From an uncultured delta proteobacterium (GTDB lineage Bacteria > Desulfobacterota > Binatia > UBA9968): a stretch of DNA of 64,000 bases. The stretch lies in NCBI GenBank assembly GCA_963745035.1, contig CAVUVW010000013.1, positions 576,001-640,000 of the forward strand, in the 5' to 3' direction. The position numbers and the translations under genes are program-made. Positions 49,388 through 58,908 of this stretch are shown here, one piece after another. The notes beneath the pieces are model-generated. The model saw only the letters and a program-made list of their open reading frames with translations, was not told the origin of the DNA and did not search any database. The first letter of the stretch is position 1. Each line of letters begins with the position of its first letter.

Positions 49388-50476
49388 TTAGGAAACGCCC
49401 GTCAGCAAACCGGCATTATCACCCTGAGGAACGAGCGTTTCCGCCAACCTTGCCACCTCGGCACCGTTCGCCGCAGTAGCCTTGACCAGACGTTCCGCGC
49501 CAAGTATTTCCCGCACGGTATAAACAGGCTTTCCTTGAGCTTCGTGGTAAATGCGCACGAGCATTTCTCCAAGCAGCCCCATGCTCACGAACTGCACTCC
49601 TACTACGATCAGGAGAATCCCGAGAAGCAGAATGGGGCGATTCGCCAACGACTCGCCGAACAATAGTTTCTGCAGCGTGAGACAGCCGGTGAGCGATAAT
49701 CCCGCCACGGTGGCCAAGATTCCGACAAAACCGAAAACGTGGAGCGGACGGGTCCAGTAGCTGGTGAGAAACTTGACCGTGATCAAATCCAAAATGACCC
49801 GAATCGTACGGCTGATTCCGTATTTCGAGCTGCCGTGTCGCCGTTCCCGGTGATTCACGGCGATTTCGGTTATACGCGCGCCAAGATCGGCCGCCAACAC
49901 CGGAATAAAGCGGTGCATTTCCCCATAAAGACTCAACGCCCTCGCTGTTTCTCCGCGATAAGCCTTGAGCGTACAACCGTAGTCATGGAGCTTAACTTTA
50001 GTCACCGATGAGATAAGCCGATTTGCGAGAATCGACGGCAAGCGGCGCGATATAAATCGATCCTGGCGCTTGATGCGCCATCCATTAACGAGATCGTATC
50101 CTTCATCGAGTTTCGCAATCAGCTTGGGGATGTCGGCCGGATCATTCTGCAGATCCCCGTCCAAGGTAATGACGATCTCGCCGCATGAATGAGAAATTCC
50201 GGCAGCAAGGGCGGCCGTTTGGCCAAAGTTGCGGCTCAAGCGAACGACTTTGACCTGGGGGTCGTTCTTTTGAATCTCCTTCAGAAGAGCGAAAGTATTG
50301 TCGCGGCTGCCGTCGTCGATATAGACCTGCTCGCAAGGCCCGAGACCTTCGGTGGCCTGCTGAATCGTGGAATAGAGCGGCCGAATATTCGGCTCCTCGT
50401 TGTAAACCGGAACGACGATGGAGACGAGTCGCCTGTCTCTCGATCCATTGTTGCCATTACAAAGGCTGTGATTCAT
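49388..50476 (-). CDS. Glycosyltransferase family 2, polyprenyl-phosphate sugar synthase type (ArnC/GtrB-like)
   Basis: SIVVPVYNE, DDGSRD, RNFGQTAA, LDGDLQNDP, HDYGC.LKAY; two C-terminal TM helices. Confidence 0.93.
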   Translation of the reverse strand: MNHSLCNGNNGSRDRRLVSIVVPVYNEEPNIRPLYSTIQQATEGLGPCEQVYIDDGSRDNTFALLKEIQKNDPQVKVVRLSRNFGQTAALAAGISHSCGEIVITLDGDLQNDPADIPKLIAKLDEGYDLVNGWRIKRQDRFISRRLPSILANRLISSVTKVKLHDYGCTLKAYRGETARALSLYGEMHRFIPVLAADLGARITEIAVNHRERRHGSSKYGISRTIRVILDLITVKFLTSYWTRPLHVFGFVGILATVAGLSLTGCLTLQKLLFGESLANRPILLLGILLIVVGVQFVSMGLLGEMLVRIYHEAQGKPVYTVREILGAERLVKATAANGAEVARLAETLVPQGDNAGLLTGVS

Positions 50477-51038
50477 CTGGTGCTCCCTTCAGGGGCGATG
50501 CTGCAATGAATTGTTTGCGCCTCAACCAATGAACAAAAACCAGAACCGGCAGCAGCACGCCGATTTCCGCCGCGACCGTCGCCAAGTTATCGATGCTGAA
50601 GAGGGTCGCGATCAAGCCACTGGACTCCGGTGAATAGTCAAATTTGCGAAACACTGTCATCGGAGCCATGTAATGCTCGTTGGAAAAGGGCCAAAGCAAC
50701 GGCACGCCCTGTGGCCAGCTTGGGTCGTCTATCAAAAAATCCATAAATACGTGCAATAGATAGTTGAGGAAACCGATCGCGAATGCCAGCCTTTTGCCGA
50801 ACGGCAATACAACCGCGGCAAACAAACCGAACACGAAGGCAAATGCTATGCTATGGCTCGGCCCATGATGAAATAGACGAAGATCACCGACGAACAAGCC
50901 GGGAAGGAAATCGAGATCGGGAGCATTGGCGGCAAAGAGACACGCCGCGAGCAGAGGCCACTGAGACCGGCCAACACGGCCGCCGGCGCCGCGATAAATG
51001 ATGGCGCCCATCAATGAATGTCCAACAGGCGATGGCAT
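50457..51038 (-). CDS. Membrane metal-dependent hydrolase (YdjM-like)
   Basis: MPSPVGH, PDLD, HHGPSHS, HVFMD, GVPLLWPF. Confidence 0.85.
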   Translation of the reverse strand: MPSPVGHSLMGAIIYRGAGGRVGRSQWPLLAACLFAANAPDLDFLPGLFVGDLRLFHHGPSHSIAFAFVFGLFAAVVLPFGKRLAFAIGFLNYLLHVFMDFLIDDPSWPQGVPLLWPFSNEHYMAPMTVFRKFDYSPESSGLIATLFSIDNLATVAAEIGVLLPVLVFVHWLRRKQFIAASPLKGAPDESQPL

Positions 51039-51306
51039 AAACCAATCTTGCTAGAGACAACATGTGTCGAGGTCGCATCGGATCCGCCCAAAGCAAACCT
51101 TTGATCGACATCTCACGCGTTGGCAGTGCTGTGATAATCAAGAGATACTAAGAAAGTGCGCGGCTGTTCAACTTGGGAAAGATAGACTCAACTTACCGGA
51201 CTTGTCATTCGCGCTGATAAGGCCTCCACTTAGGAGCGGAGTTTTACACTCCCTGAGCCCTACGTTTCTTCCGTGTAAACTCGACGTCATTTACACATGG
51301 AGGAAC

Positions 51307-52350
51307 CTAATTATCTACCACGACTACAGGATCGTTATGAACCGTCCTATGCGGTTCTCCGTCGCTTTCCAACGACTTTGCGAGAATCGGCTCGCCGAGG
51401 GTGACAAACGGGTAGATCGCTCCTCCGATCAACCCAAACGCTATGGACCTCAATCGGAACAACAAGGCGAGACTGATGCTCACGGGAGCAGGGACGCCAA
51501 CAATCGTCAAAACATAAAAGTAGGCCCACTCCTGCAGGCCGATGCCGCCAAGGGAGAAGGGCACCATAAAAAGGATCAACAGAACCGGCACAGCGGCGAG
51601 CAGCCCCACGAAGGATACTGCCGCATGGAATGTGAGACAACCCACGTATACGGTGACGACCGACAAAAAATAGAACAAGATCGAATACCCACCCGCCTTT
51701 AAGAGAGCCTTCGGTTCATGCCTATACAGAGTTATGACCTGATGAAACGAGTTAATTTTTGCCAGACATTTTTGAATCGTCTTCCCGGGCAGCCATTTTT
51801 GCGCGAGCCTCAGCCATGACTCGTTCAAGATCATCCACAGCATTCCCACGTAAGCTACGGCCGCAATCGTGATAGGCGCAACCAGTCTGATATCCGCCCG
51901 TAGCTTCTGATCCAATGCGATCGCCAGCAAACCAAATAATACCAGCACGGTATAACCGACGAATCTTTCCACGAAGACCGATGCCATCGCATCCGTAAAC
52001 TTCCCATAAGCCTTGCCCAGCGCGTAGCCGCGCACAACATCGCCGCCCACGCTTGTCGGCAAAAAGTTATTAAAGAAGGCGCCGATCAAGTAAAGCGAGA
52101 CCAGATAGCGCACCGGCGCATGAATCCCGCGCGCCTCGGCAAGAACGCGCCATTTCACCGCATTGGGCACAATCACGACGAAACCCAATAAGACATAGAG
52201 CCCCATGTACGGTACGTGGGCGCCCTTGAGATGCCGCCAGACCTCATCCCATTCCACCTGATCGACCAGGTAAGCCAAAAACAAGAGACTTACACAGATC
52301 TTGAGACCTACGCCCAGCAATTTTCGCGGCAAGTGCAAAGTTATTCGCAT
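51307..52350 (-). CDS. Lysylphosphatidylglycerol synthase TM / UPF0104 flippase-like membrane protein
   Basis: KW..L, FFNNFLPTSVGGD, SV.VER, P.SLGGIG.QE. Confidence 0.88.
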   Translation of the reverse strand: MRITLHLPRKLLGVGLKICVSLLFLAYLVDQVEWDEVWRHLKGAHVPYMGLYVLLGFVVIVPNAVKWRVLAEARGIHAPVRYLVSLYLIGAFFNNFLPTSVGGDVVRGYALGKAYGKFTDAMASVFVERFVGYTVLVLFGLLAIALDQKLRADIRLVAPITIAAVAYVGMLWMILNESWLRLAQKWLPGKTIQKCLAKINSFHQVITLYRHEPKALLKAGGYSILFYFLSVVTVYVGCLTFHAAVSFVGLLAAVPVLLILFMVPFSLGGIGLQEWAYFYVLTIVGVPAPVSISLALLFRLRSIAFGLIGGAIYPFVTLGEPILAKSLESDGEPHRTVHNDPVVVVDN

Positions 52351-53437
52351 GAGTCAGCCGCCTTGCTTCACTGTTCCGCGCGGGACGAACTACGGCTGTT
52401 TTGACTCTGATGCTCTGCGCTGAACGGGATAAATAATACAGAAACCAGGTGTTCGTTTCTTTGTCGAAAAAAGTAGTGGCGTGATTCAGATCGTGAAAAC
52501 GATACACTTGCAACGGATCGCTGAGGGAATCCGGGCGTAGCGCCGACGCGGTTCTAGCTTCGATGATGGTATCGGTAAAATCTCGAACGATAAAAAGTGC
52601 GATTCTATCCTGCCCCAACCAAACCGGATCTCCTCCACCGATCACGTAGCTGCCTCGCGTAATCACTCCTTTCGATTCACCCAGCTTATCCTGGCTCGGC
52701 CCGGATGCGATGCCCAGGTTCCAATAAATGGGCTCGCGCCAGAGAGCATGATCGATCAGCCGGCGACGCATGCCGCTTTTTGCAATGTAGTAGACATGCC
52801 ATTTTCCACCGACATGGAGGACTCCTACCGGGAATAGTTCGTCGCCCCTCCCCCAGACCGCTTTGTCTCGATAGGAGAGGATGACCCCCTTATCCGTGAA
52901 CTGCAGACCGTTGACTGAGGAGGCTAGACGTATGTCGCTGGTAACCGATTCCGACGTTTTGCTGTGGGCATTCATCGCTCCGTAATAGATAACGATATTT
53001 CCTTCGTGATCTAGCGTGCCGCCCGCTGAGAAAATCCCTTCCTCCTCGTTTTGATTCGGCAGGAATGTCAGAATCGGATTACCGGAATACTTTGTAAACC
53101 GAATCCCGTCCCTGCTCGTCGCCACCCCAAGCGCTCGATGGCGCGCATCGCCGTCTGTCGAGCGATTACCATCCGCCCCGATATAATAGAGAAAATATAC
53201 TCCTTCTTTTTTAACCACCGTAGCGGGACTGATCATTCCACCAAGTCTTGTGTCCCATGTTCCCGGAGCACCGGGCGATAGCACGATTCCACGATCCACC
53301 CAATCGGACTGCCTTGGGATTTCAAGGCCGAGTTGCTGTTGTGCGAATGCTTCGACGCTACCCAAGCGAAGTCCGGCCATCGTTAGAACTGCCAGAATAA
53401 GGATCGCCCATAACGGCGTGTAAACGCGGTTCACCAT
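52244..53437 (-). CDS. Secreted beta-propeller glycoside hydrolase-like protein
   Basis: Signal peptide, VLSPG..GTWD, P.VV....YFLYY.G, GVATS.DG..F.K..GNPIL. The C-terminus overlaps the next gene by 107 bp, so the true stop is uncertain. Confidence 0.65.
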   Translation of the reverse strand: MVNRVYTPLWAILILAVLTMAGLRLGSVEAFAQQQLGLEIPRQSDWVDRGIVLSPGAPGTWDTRLGGMISPATVVKKEGVYFLYYIGADGNRSTDGDARHRALGVATSRDGIRFTKYSGNPILTFLPNQNEEEGIFSAGGTLDHEGNIVIYYGAMNAHSKTSESVTSDIRLASSVNGLQFTDKGVILSYRDKAVWGRGDELFPVGVLHVGGKWHVYYIAKSGMRRRLIDHALWREPIYWNLGIASGPSQDKLGESKGVITRGSYVIGGGDPVWLGQDRIALFIVRDFTDTIIEARTASALRPDSLSDPLQVYRFHDLNHATTFFDKETNTWFLYYLSRSAQSIRVKTAVVRPARNSEARRLTHANNFALAAKIAGRRSQDLCKSLVFGLPGRSGGMG

Positions 53438-53482
53438 GCTAAGTCGCTCACGTCTTGGACGAATTGAGGCAAGACCTGACCC

Positions 53483-54397
53483 TCATCCATAAAGCCGCGC
53501 CCAACGAATGGCGCCGACAAAAAGGCCTAGTAAGTACTTGAATTCCCCACGAGGCAGACGCTTCTGATGCCATGCTCGCAGCGGAATCCGTGCACAACTC
53601 CGGAGAACGTCATAGCTCATCCGTTTGAGCATGTAGGAATCCTTCAGGCTTAGATATTTGGCGTAGAATGCCCCTTGGGCTCGCCCATAATTCCATTGGA
53701 GTGAGGCATATTCAGCGCTGCCACGCCATGCTCGGTGAATGACGACCGCCTCATGAGCGTGCAAGATCGCGTATCCAGCCTCAAGCAGCCGCAAACCAAA
53801 ATCGTTGTCCTCAGCGCCCGGAAAATTGGTGCCGGGGCCAATCCGCTCATCAAAAAGTCCAATCTCTTGCACGGCGGAGCGATGGAACGCCGCATTTTGC
53901 AGGTAAAGAACATCCTCTCCAATGCGCCCCTTGTACATCACCGCCTGGGTCTCGGTAGTTGTAGAGGGTGAGAACCCGCCGCCTATTTCAGCTTCACCCG
54001 GAATTACTCGTCCCGTTACCACGGTTCGGGATGGCGCGTCTCGTAATGTGGTTACGATGGTTTGGAACCACGTCGGTGTAACCACCACATCGTCCTGAGT
54101 AAACACGAGTATGTCATAGCGCGCCGCCTGGATTCCATCGTTGTTGGCTCGACTTAAGCCTATCGAGCGAGTCCACAAATAACGCAGCTCACATTCCCCC
54201 GGCGCCGACAAGCTCGCAAGATCTGAATGCACCTCGTCACTATCGTCGACGATAATCACTTCATTGGGGAGGGTATTGCCTTCCAAGACGGACGCAACGA
54301 GATGTTCTAGAAGCTGCGGGCGATTACGAGAACAAATAATAACGGACGTGCCTGGTAGAACGTTCACAGTAGGTGATCCCTGTTCGTTCACTCTCAT
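53483..54397 (-). CDS. Glycosyltransferase family 2
   Basis: SVIICSRNR, IVDDS, GLSRA.N.G, FTQDD, FDERIGPG, GAED.D. Confidence 0.9.
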   Translation of the reverse strand: MRVNEQGSPTVNVLPGTSVIICSRNRPQLLEHLVASVLEGNTLPNEVIIVDDSDEVHSDLASLSAPGECELRYLWTRSIGLSRANNDGIQAARYDILVFTQDDVVVTPTWFQTIVTTLRDAPSRTVVTGRVIPGEAEIGGGFSPSTTTETQAVMYKGRIGEDVLYLQNAAFHRSAVQEIGLFDERIGPGTNFPGAEDNDFGLRLLEAGYAILHAHEAVVIHRAWRGSAEYASLQWNYGRAQGAFYAKYLSLKDSYMLKRMSYDVLRSCARIPLRAWHQKRLPRGEFKYLLGLFVGAIRWARLYG

Positions 54398-54536
54398 GCC
54401 TTGACTCCCATGTTGTTTCGCATGCCGCGTACTCTGCAGAAAAGATTCACGCTATTCAAAATCGACTTGCCTAGTAAAGCAATGATCGGAGTAGCTCATC
54501 GGTCGACTGCACAGTGGGAGAATTATCCAATGCCGA

Positions 54537-55511
54537 TCAACTACCCAGCCAATGTCTCAACCAGCGGGCGAAGGTTGCGCCATCGAAGTTGTGCGGCCAT
54601 AATCTTGGCAACTGAAAAGGATCGCTCCCGCGCCAAATAACATCGGCATGGCTGGCGCATGCGCAACGAAATCCTGCTTCTCGAACCACCTTTTCCGTAA
54701 CCCGCGATGACGATCCATTTGGAAAACAAAAACTCGTGACAGGTCTTCCGAGAAGCCCCTCGAGTTCGAGCTTGCTCGTCGAGATCTCCTGTTGCTGGCG
54801 AGCCTCGGTCAACGTGGAAAGAAACGGGTGCGTCACCGTGTGCGCGCCGACATCGACCACTCCGCCCGCCGCTAGCTCACAAATCTCGCTCTCCGTCATT
54901 GCTCGAATCGGTGATTCTGGATTCGACTTTCGCCCAACAACGTTCCGTAACTGCGCGAAGGCGTCCGCCCGCCCGTCGCCAGACAGGTGTCGCATAAAGT
55001 CGTAAACGGCCCAAACGAGATTTTTCCGCCGTTTCACATCAGCGGGGCGCGTCAGCGTTCGCTCGAGGCTACGGCCATCCGCGATCAGACGGATTTGCTC
55101 CGGCAACGGCGAGCTAGGCCGAAAAATTTCCGCCAGTTCGTCCCACCAGAATTTCCTGCCCATATAGCCCGTGGCGACGAAGACTGTCGCCGGACATTCA
55201 TGGCGCAGCAGCAAAGACTTCGCATAATGCAGATTGTCGACATAGCCATCGTCCAGCGTAATCGCCACGGAACCAGGCGGCAAGTCGTGTCGTTGAAGCG
55301 ATTCCGTCAGATCTCGCAAAGATATCGGCACCGCGTACTTTCGCACCGCCTCCAAGTGTTCGGCAAAGAATCGCGGCGTGACGCTCAACGAGTAGGGATC
55401 CCACTCGGATTCATCAGCCACTCGATGGTAGCCCAAAATCAGCGCCCGCGATCCGCGAAAACGGCTGCGCAGCCAAGCGGCCGATTTTCTAAACGTTCTA
55501 AGTCCGTACAT
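54537..55511 (-). CDS. Polysaccharide deacetylase (CE4/NodB-like)
   Basis: IL.YHRV, ITLDDGY.DN, PATVFV.TG, GAHTVTHP.L, FCFPNG. Confidence 0.9.
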   Translation of the reverse strand: MYGLRTFRKSAAWLRSRFRGSRALILGYHRVADESEWDPYSLSVTPRFFAEHLEAVRKYAVPISLRDLTESLQRHDLPPGSVAITLDDGYVDNLHYAKSLLLRHECPATVFVATGYMGRKFWWDELAEIFRPSSPLPEQIRLIADGRSLERTLTRPADVKRRKNLVWAVYDFMRHLSGDGRADAFAQLRNVVGRKSNPESPIRAMTESEICELAAGGVVDVGAHTVTHPFLSTLTEARQQQEISTSKLELEGLLGRPVTSFCFPNGSSSRVTEKVVREAGFRCACASHADVIWRGSDPFQLPRLWPHNFDGATFARWLRHWLGS

Positions 55512-56247
55512 GGTCGATACGCGCAGCCTTAGTCACTCGAACAGTGATAAGAACCTGGTAATCCGGATCGTCCGCTTCGAGATCATCCACTCGAACGTCT
55601 TCGGTAGCGAGGCCATGAAGAAAAGCGACCGCGGAAAGAACGTTACCACGGGCCTGAACCTGAACTTCAGCTCCATGGCATGCTTCGAATAGCCGCGTGG
55701 CGGAAGCGAGAGTAAACCGCCAATAGTCTCCAAGAACGCCGTCGCCGTGCACGATTCTGCTGATTCCCGGTACGGTCGCCAGCAAGACTCCACCCGGACT
55801 CAGCAGTCGATAAAGCGTCGCGACCGCCGCCGGCACGTCATAGATGAGCTGAAGCGTTTGCGTACAAATAATACAATCGAACGTTTCGGAAGGCAGTTGC
55901 GGGGCTGACGCGAGATTGGCGGTCAACGTTGCCTTGGGGTTTCCTTCAACAACATGGAGAATATCGCTTTTGGCAACTCGTTTCCCACCGTAGCGGCGGG
56001 TATATTCATTGTCTCCTATTTCCAACACGCGACCTCGCACGTCACGAGAATATTTCGACAGAAATCGCTCCATGTAGTAACGGTCGACGGGGACTCCTCG
56101 ATCGAACCCCCAACTTTTGCTGATGGGTTCAATTTGCTCAAGGTCTCCCCACGTCACTCTTCCGACAGGCGGCCGGCACGTATGGCGCTTGATAAACCGG
56201 CTCACCGGCCCGGTGAATTTTTTCAGTGCTGTAAGATTTTGGTACAT
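55498..56247 (-). CDS. Class I SAM-dependent methyltransferase
   Basis: GFDRG.PVDRYY, G.VLEIG, FDCIICTQTL, L.PGGVLL.TVP, DYWRFT; ATG at 56247 after AAGGGGA. Confidence 0.85.
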   Translation of the reverse strand: MYQNLTALKKFTGPVSRFIKRHTCRPPVGRVTWGDLEQIEPISKSWGFDRGVPVDRYYMERFLSKYSRDVRGRVLEIGDNEYTRRYGGKRVAKSDILHVVEGNPKATLTANLASAPQLPSETFDCIICTQTLQLIYDVPAAVATLYRLLSPGGVLLATVPGISRIVHGDGVLGDYWRFTLASATRLFEACHGAEVQVQARGNVLSAVAFLHGLATEDVRVDDLEADDPDYQVLITVRVTKAARIDHVRT

Positions 56248-56275
56248 AAACTTCCCCTTGAGTTGCGAAGCCGGC

Positions 56276-57751
56276 CTACGGCGATGCGGGAGCGAGACCG
56301 ATAACGCGCGCGAGCGGCGGAAACGCGCGAACAAGGTTGCGACCTACTCCAAAATCAAACCTGTAATCTACGTACCACAGTAGACCTGCCATAATAGCTG
56401 AGCCCGTTAGAACACTCATCGCTAAACCGAGCAATCCCTGAAGGAGGTAGTCCATTCCAAGCGCAATGACAGCGCCGGCGAGAGAGACGCAACCAATGGC
56501 CGCGATGGGCGCTCCGAGCCTCTGGAACGGCCGGGAGAGCATTCGCCGCGTGAACCCCATACTGACCCCTTGAGAGACACTGGTACCAATCAGCCAAGCC
56601 ACTGCGACTCCGATAAGACCATAATCGCTGATCAACAGCATCGCGCAAATGATAGCGAGGAAGGACTGGATCGCTTCCAGTGCTGTGGCTTTGTAAGGTT
56701 GGCCAAGTCCGTGGACAAGCGCGATCGTCAACTCTCCGATAGGTGAGACAATACTTGCAATCGCAAGTAGCTGAATAATGGGTCCCGTGCCATTCCATTT
56801 CGATCCGAGCAGATTCTCTATGAGCGATGGCGCCAAAAATATAATAAGTGCGCACAGTGGGATCAACAGCACGAACATGCCGACTAATGTCGCGCGAAAT
56901 ATTTTACCGACTTGCTGTACATCGGACTTAACCTGAGCATAAAGCGGAAAGGCTACTGCGCCAATCACCTCTTTAGCTATTTCCCCAGGCAAAAAAGCGA
57001 GCCTGGCCGCGAGGAAATAAATCCCTAACTCCATCGTGCCGAGCCGTTGCGAAATGAGCGCCCGCATCACCGCGGCTCCTGTGACCGCAATCAAACCGGT
57101 CAACAAAATCCAACGACCGAAGCTGACGAGGTCTCGAACCGTCTCAGCATCGAGGTGTAGCCGTGGGCGGTAGGGCGCCACTATATAGGAGATCGCCGCA
57201 TACGCCGTCGATCCCGCAAGGGCGCCGGCGACAAGGGCCCATACGCCTAGATACGGCGCCAGCGCTATCGCGATAATGGTATCTGCCAAGGCTTTGATGA
57301 CGCCCGTGATTGCAATAGAGCGAAACTTTAGATTTCGCGTCAAATCCGCCAGTCGAATACTGGCCATCTGTTCGATAAGAGTTACGATCGCAAGACCGCG
57401 TATAATGTTTGCGGCGCGGGGCTCATGAAATATCGCGGCAACCACCGAAGCCCCGATCAGGAGACCTCCCGTTATGACTAGGCCGCGAATAAACCCCACT
57501 GTCCAAGCCGCGTGGTAGTGCTTTTCGTCGACTTCGGCGCGTTGTACGAGGGCGGGAAGAATTCCAAAATCCGTCACGAGCAACAGGAACCCGCTCGCCG
57601 TGGTGGCGATGGCCAAGAGACCGAAATCCTCCGGGGCGAGAAGCCTCGCCAACACCAACAGGCGAACAATATGGAGAATCTTTACGCCACCGAGCTGGAC
57701 GCCTTTCCAAACAATCGCAGCTCCGGTTAGTCTATATAGTTCGGCTTTCAA
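56276..57751 (-). CDS. WzxC-like lipopolysaccharide/polysaccharide flippase
   Basis: LARLL.PEDFGL, DFG...ALVQR, GVWALV, LG...LG.Y; many TM segments. Confidence 0.9.
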   Translation of the reverse strand: MKAELYRLTGAAIVWKGVQLGGVKILHIVRLLVLARLLAPEDFGLLAIATTASGFLLLVTDFGILPALVQRAEVDEKHYHAAWTVGFIRGLVITGGLLIGASVVAAIFHEPRAANIIRGLAIVTLIEQMASIRLADLTRNLKFRSIAITGVIKALADTIIAIALAPYLGVWALVAGALAGSTAYAAISYIVAPYRPRLHLDAETVRDLVSFGRWILLTGLIAVTGAAVMRALISQRLGTMELGIYFLAARLAFLPGEIAKEVIGAVAFPLYAQVKSDVQQVGKIFRATLVGMFVLLIPLCALIIFLAPSLIENLLGSKWNGTGPIIQLLAIASIVSPIGELTIALVHGLGQPYKATALEAIQSFLAIICAMLLISDYGLIGVAVAWLIGTSVSQGVSMGFTRRMLSRPFQRLGAPIAAIGCVSLAGAVIALGMDYLLQGLLGLAMSVLTGSAIMAGLLWYVDYRFDFGVGRNLVRAFPPLARVIGLAPASP

Positions 57752-57823
57752 GATGAGGATCTCTCGACAGATCTCTTTCCGCTAGCCGGAATTCGCGTCA
57801 AAGAAAAACACCGAAGCAAGCGG

Positions 57824-58735
57824 TTACTTGCGCCAATATCCTCGCGCAAGTTGAAACGGCGCCTTGAAGTTGCCTTTAGCACTCTCTCTAAAGATTGTGC
57901 GCAGACCTAACAACGGCAGCAATAAATTAAAACAGTACCATTGAAGAGTCGAGGCATGGCGTTTCAAAAACTTGCGAAGGTTTTGTCCCTTCAGAGCCGC
58001 GTATTCCGAATTATAGCCGCCGAATCCTGTCTTATTGCCCTTGTGATAAACGATCGATTTGGGCACATAGCGAAACGAGTAACCCTGCTCTTTGACGCGC
58101 AGGGAAAAATCAAGATCCTCGGGACCATACGGGTTAAATTGCGAATCAAAACCACCGCACTTCTCAATCACCTTACGGCGAGCCATGGCTATTCCCGCTG
58201 GAACACAAGCCGGTATCGTCGGACCATCGTATTGACCTCGGTCAATTTCTCCGTAGCCGCGCCGCCCTGTCTGCCCCGTCCAAAAACTAATATTCGAGCC
58301 GCCCGCGCTATCCAGTCGGTTCTCCCCATGCATGATGTATAACTTTGGTGTAGCAATTCCGATGGTGGGGTCGGCCTCGAGGGCTGCAATCAACGGTCTT
58401 AGAACATCTTTCGCGACCACGGTGTCATTGTCACAATAAAAACAGTAATCGTAGGCGAAATGATCACGGGCGTACGCGATGCCTAAATTTCGACCGCCCG
58501 CCACACCTGCATTGCTCCGGCTATAGACGACGTGCACGTTTGGAAATTCCTTGTTGACCGCTTCGCGGGTGCCGTCCATCGACGCATTGTCGACGAGTAC
58601 TATCTCTAATCGTGGATACTCAACGAATCGGAAGCTCCGCAAACATCGGATCGTGTCTTCCTTCTGATTGCAGGTCAGTATGACAGCGACAACAAGTGGT
58701 TCGTGTAGAAAAGAATTTTCCGGTGGGTTGCGCAT
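57824..58735 (-). CDS. Glycosyltransferase family 2 (rhamnosyltransferase-like)
   Basis: VDNAS.DG, N.G.AGGRN.G, DNDT, GGFD, EDLDFSLR, VYH. Start is 58735 or 58771. Confidence 0.9.
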   Translation of the reverse strand: MRNPPENSFLHEPLVVAVILTCNQKEDTIRCLRSFRFVEYPRLEIVLVDNASMDGTREAVNKEFPNVHVVYSRSNAGVAGGRNLGIAYARDHFAYDYCFYCDNDTVVAKDVLRPLIAALEADPTIGIATPKLYIMHGENRLDSAGGSNISFWTGQTGRRGYGEIDRGQYDGPTIPACVPAGIAMARRKVIEKCGGFDSQFNPYGPEDLDFSLRVKEQGYSFRYVPKSIVYHKGNKTGFGGYNSEYAALKGQNLRKFLKRHASTLQWYCFNLLLPLLGLRTIFRESAKGNFKAPFQLARGYWRK

Positions 58736-58780
58736 TGAGCAGTTTATTCGAAGTCGCTGCGACGATGACACTCATCATCG

Positions 58781-58882
58781 CTGCTTTTGCCGTTTTTAGG
58801 ACTCCGCACCATCTGCCGAGAACTGATCAAGGGAAATTTCAACGCGCCTTTTCAACTGGTCCGCGGATACTGGAACAAATGA
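58781..58882 (+). pseudogene. Inverted remnant homologous to the last 34 codons of the GT2 at 57824-58735
   Basis: Translates LLLPFLGLRTICRELIKGNFNAPFQLVRGYWNK* versus LLLPLLGLRTIFRESAKGNFKAPFQLARGYWRK*. No start codon; in-frame TGA at 58766. Confidence 0.88.
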
Positions 58883-58908
58883 ACGACCACGGGCCGATCT
58901 CAATTCGA

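Noticed and set aside
58781-58882. DGR template/variable repeat pair with 57824-57925
   Set aside because: Mismatches are mostly synonymous third positions rather than adenine-specific, and no reverse transcriptase is in the window.
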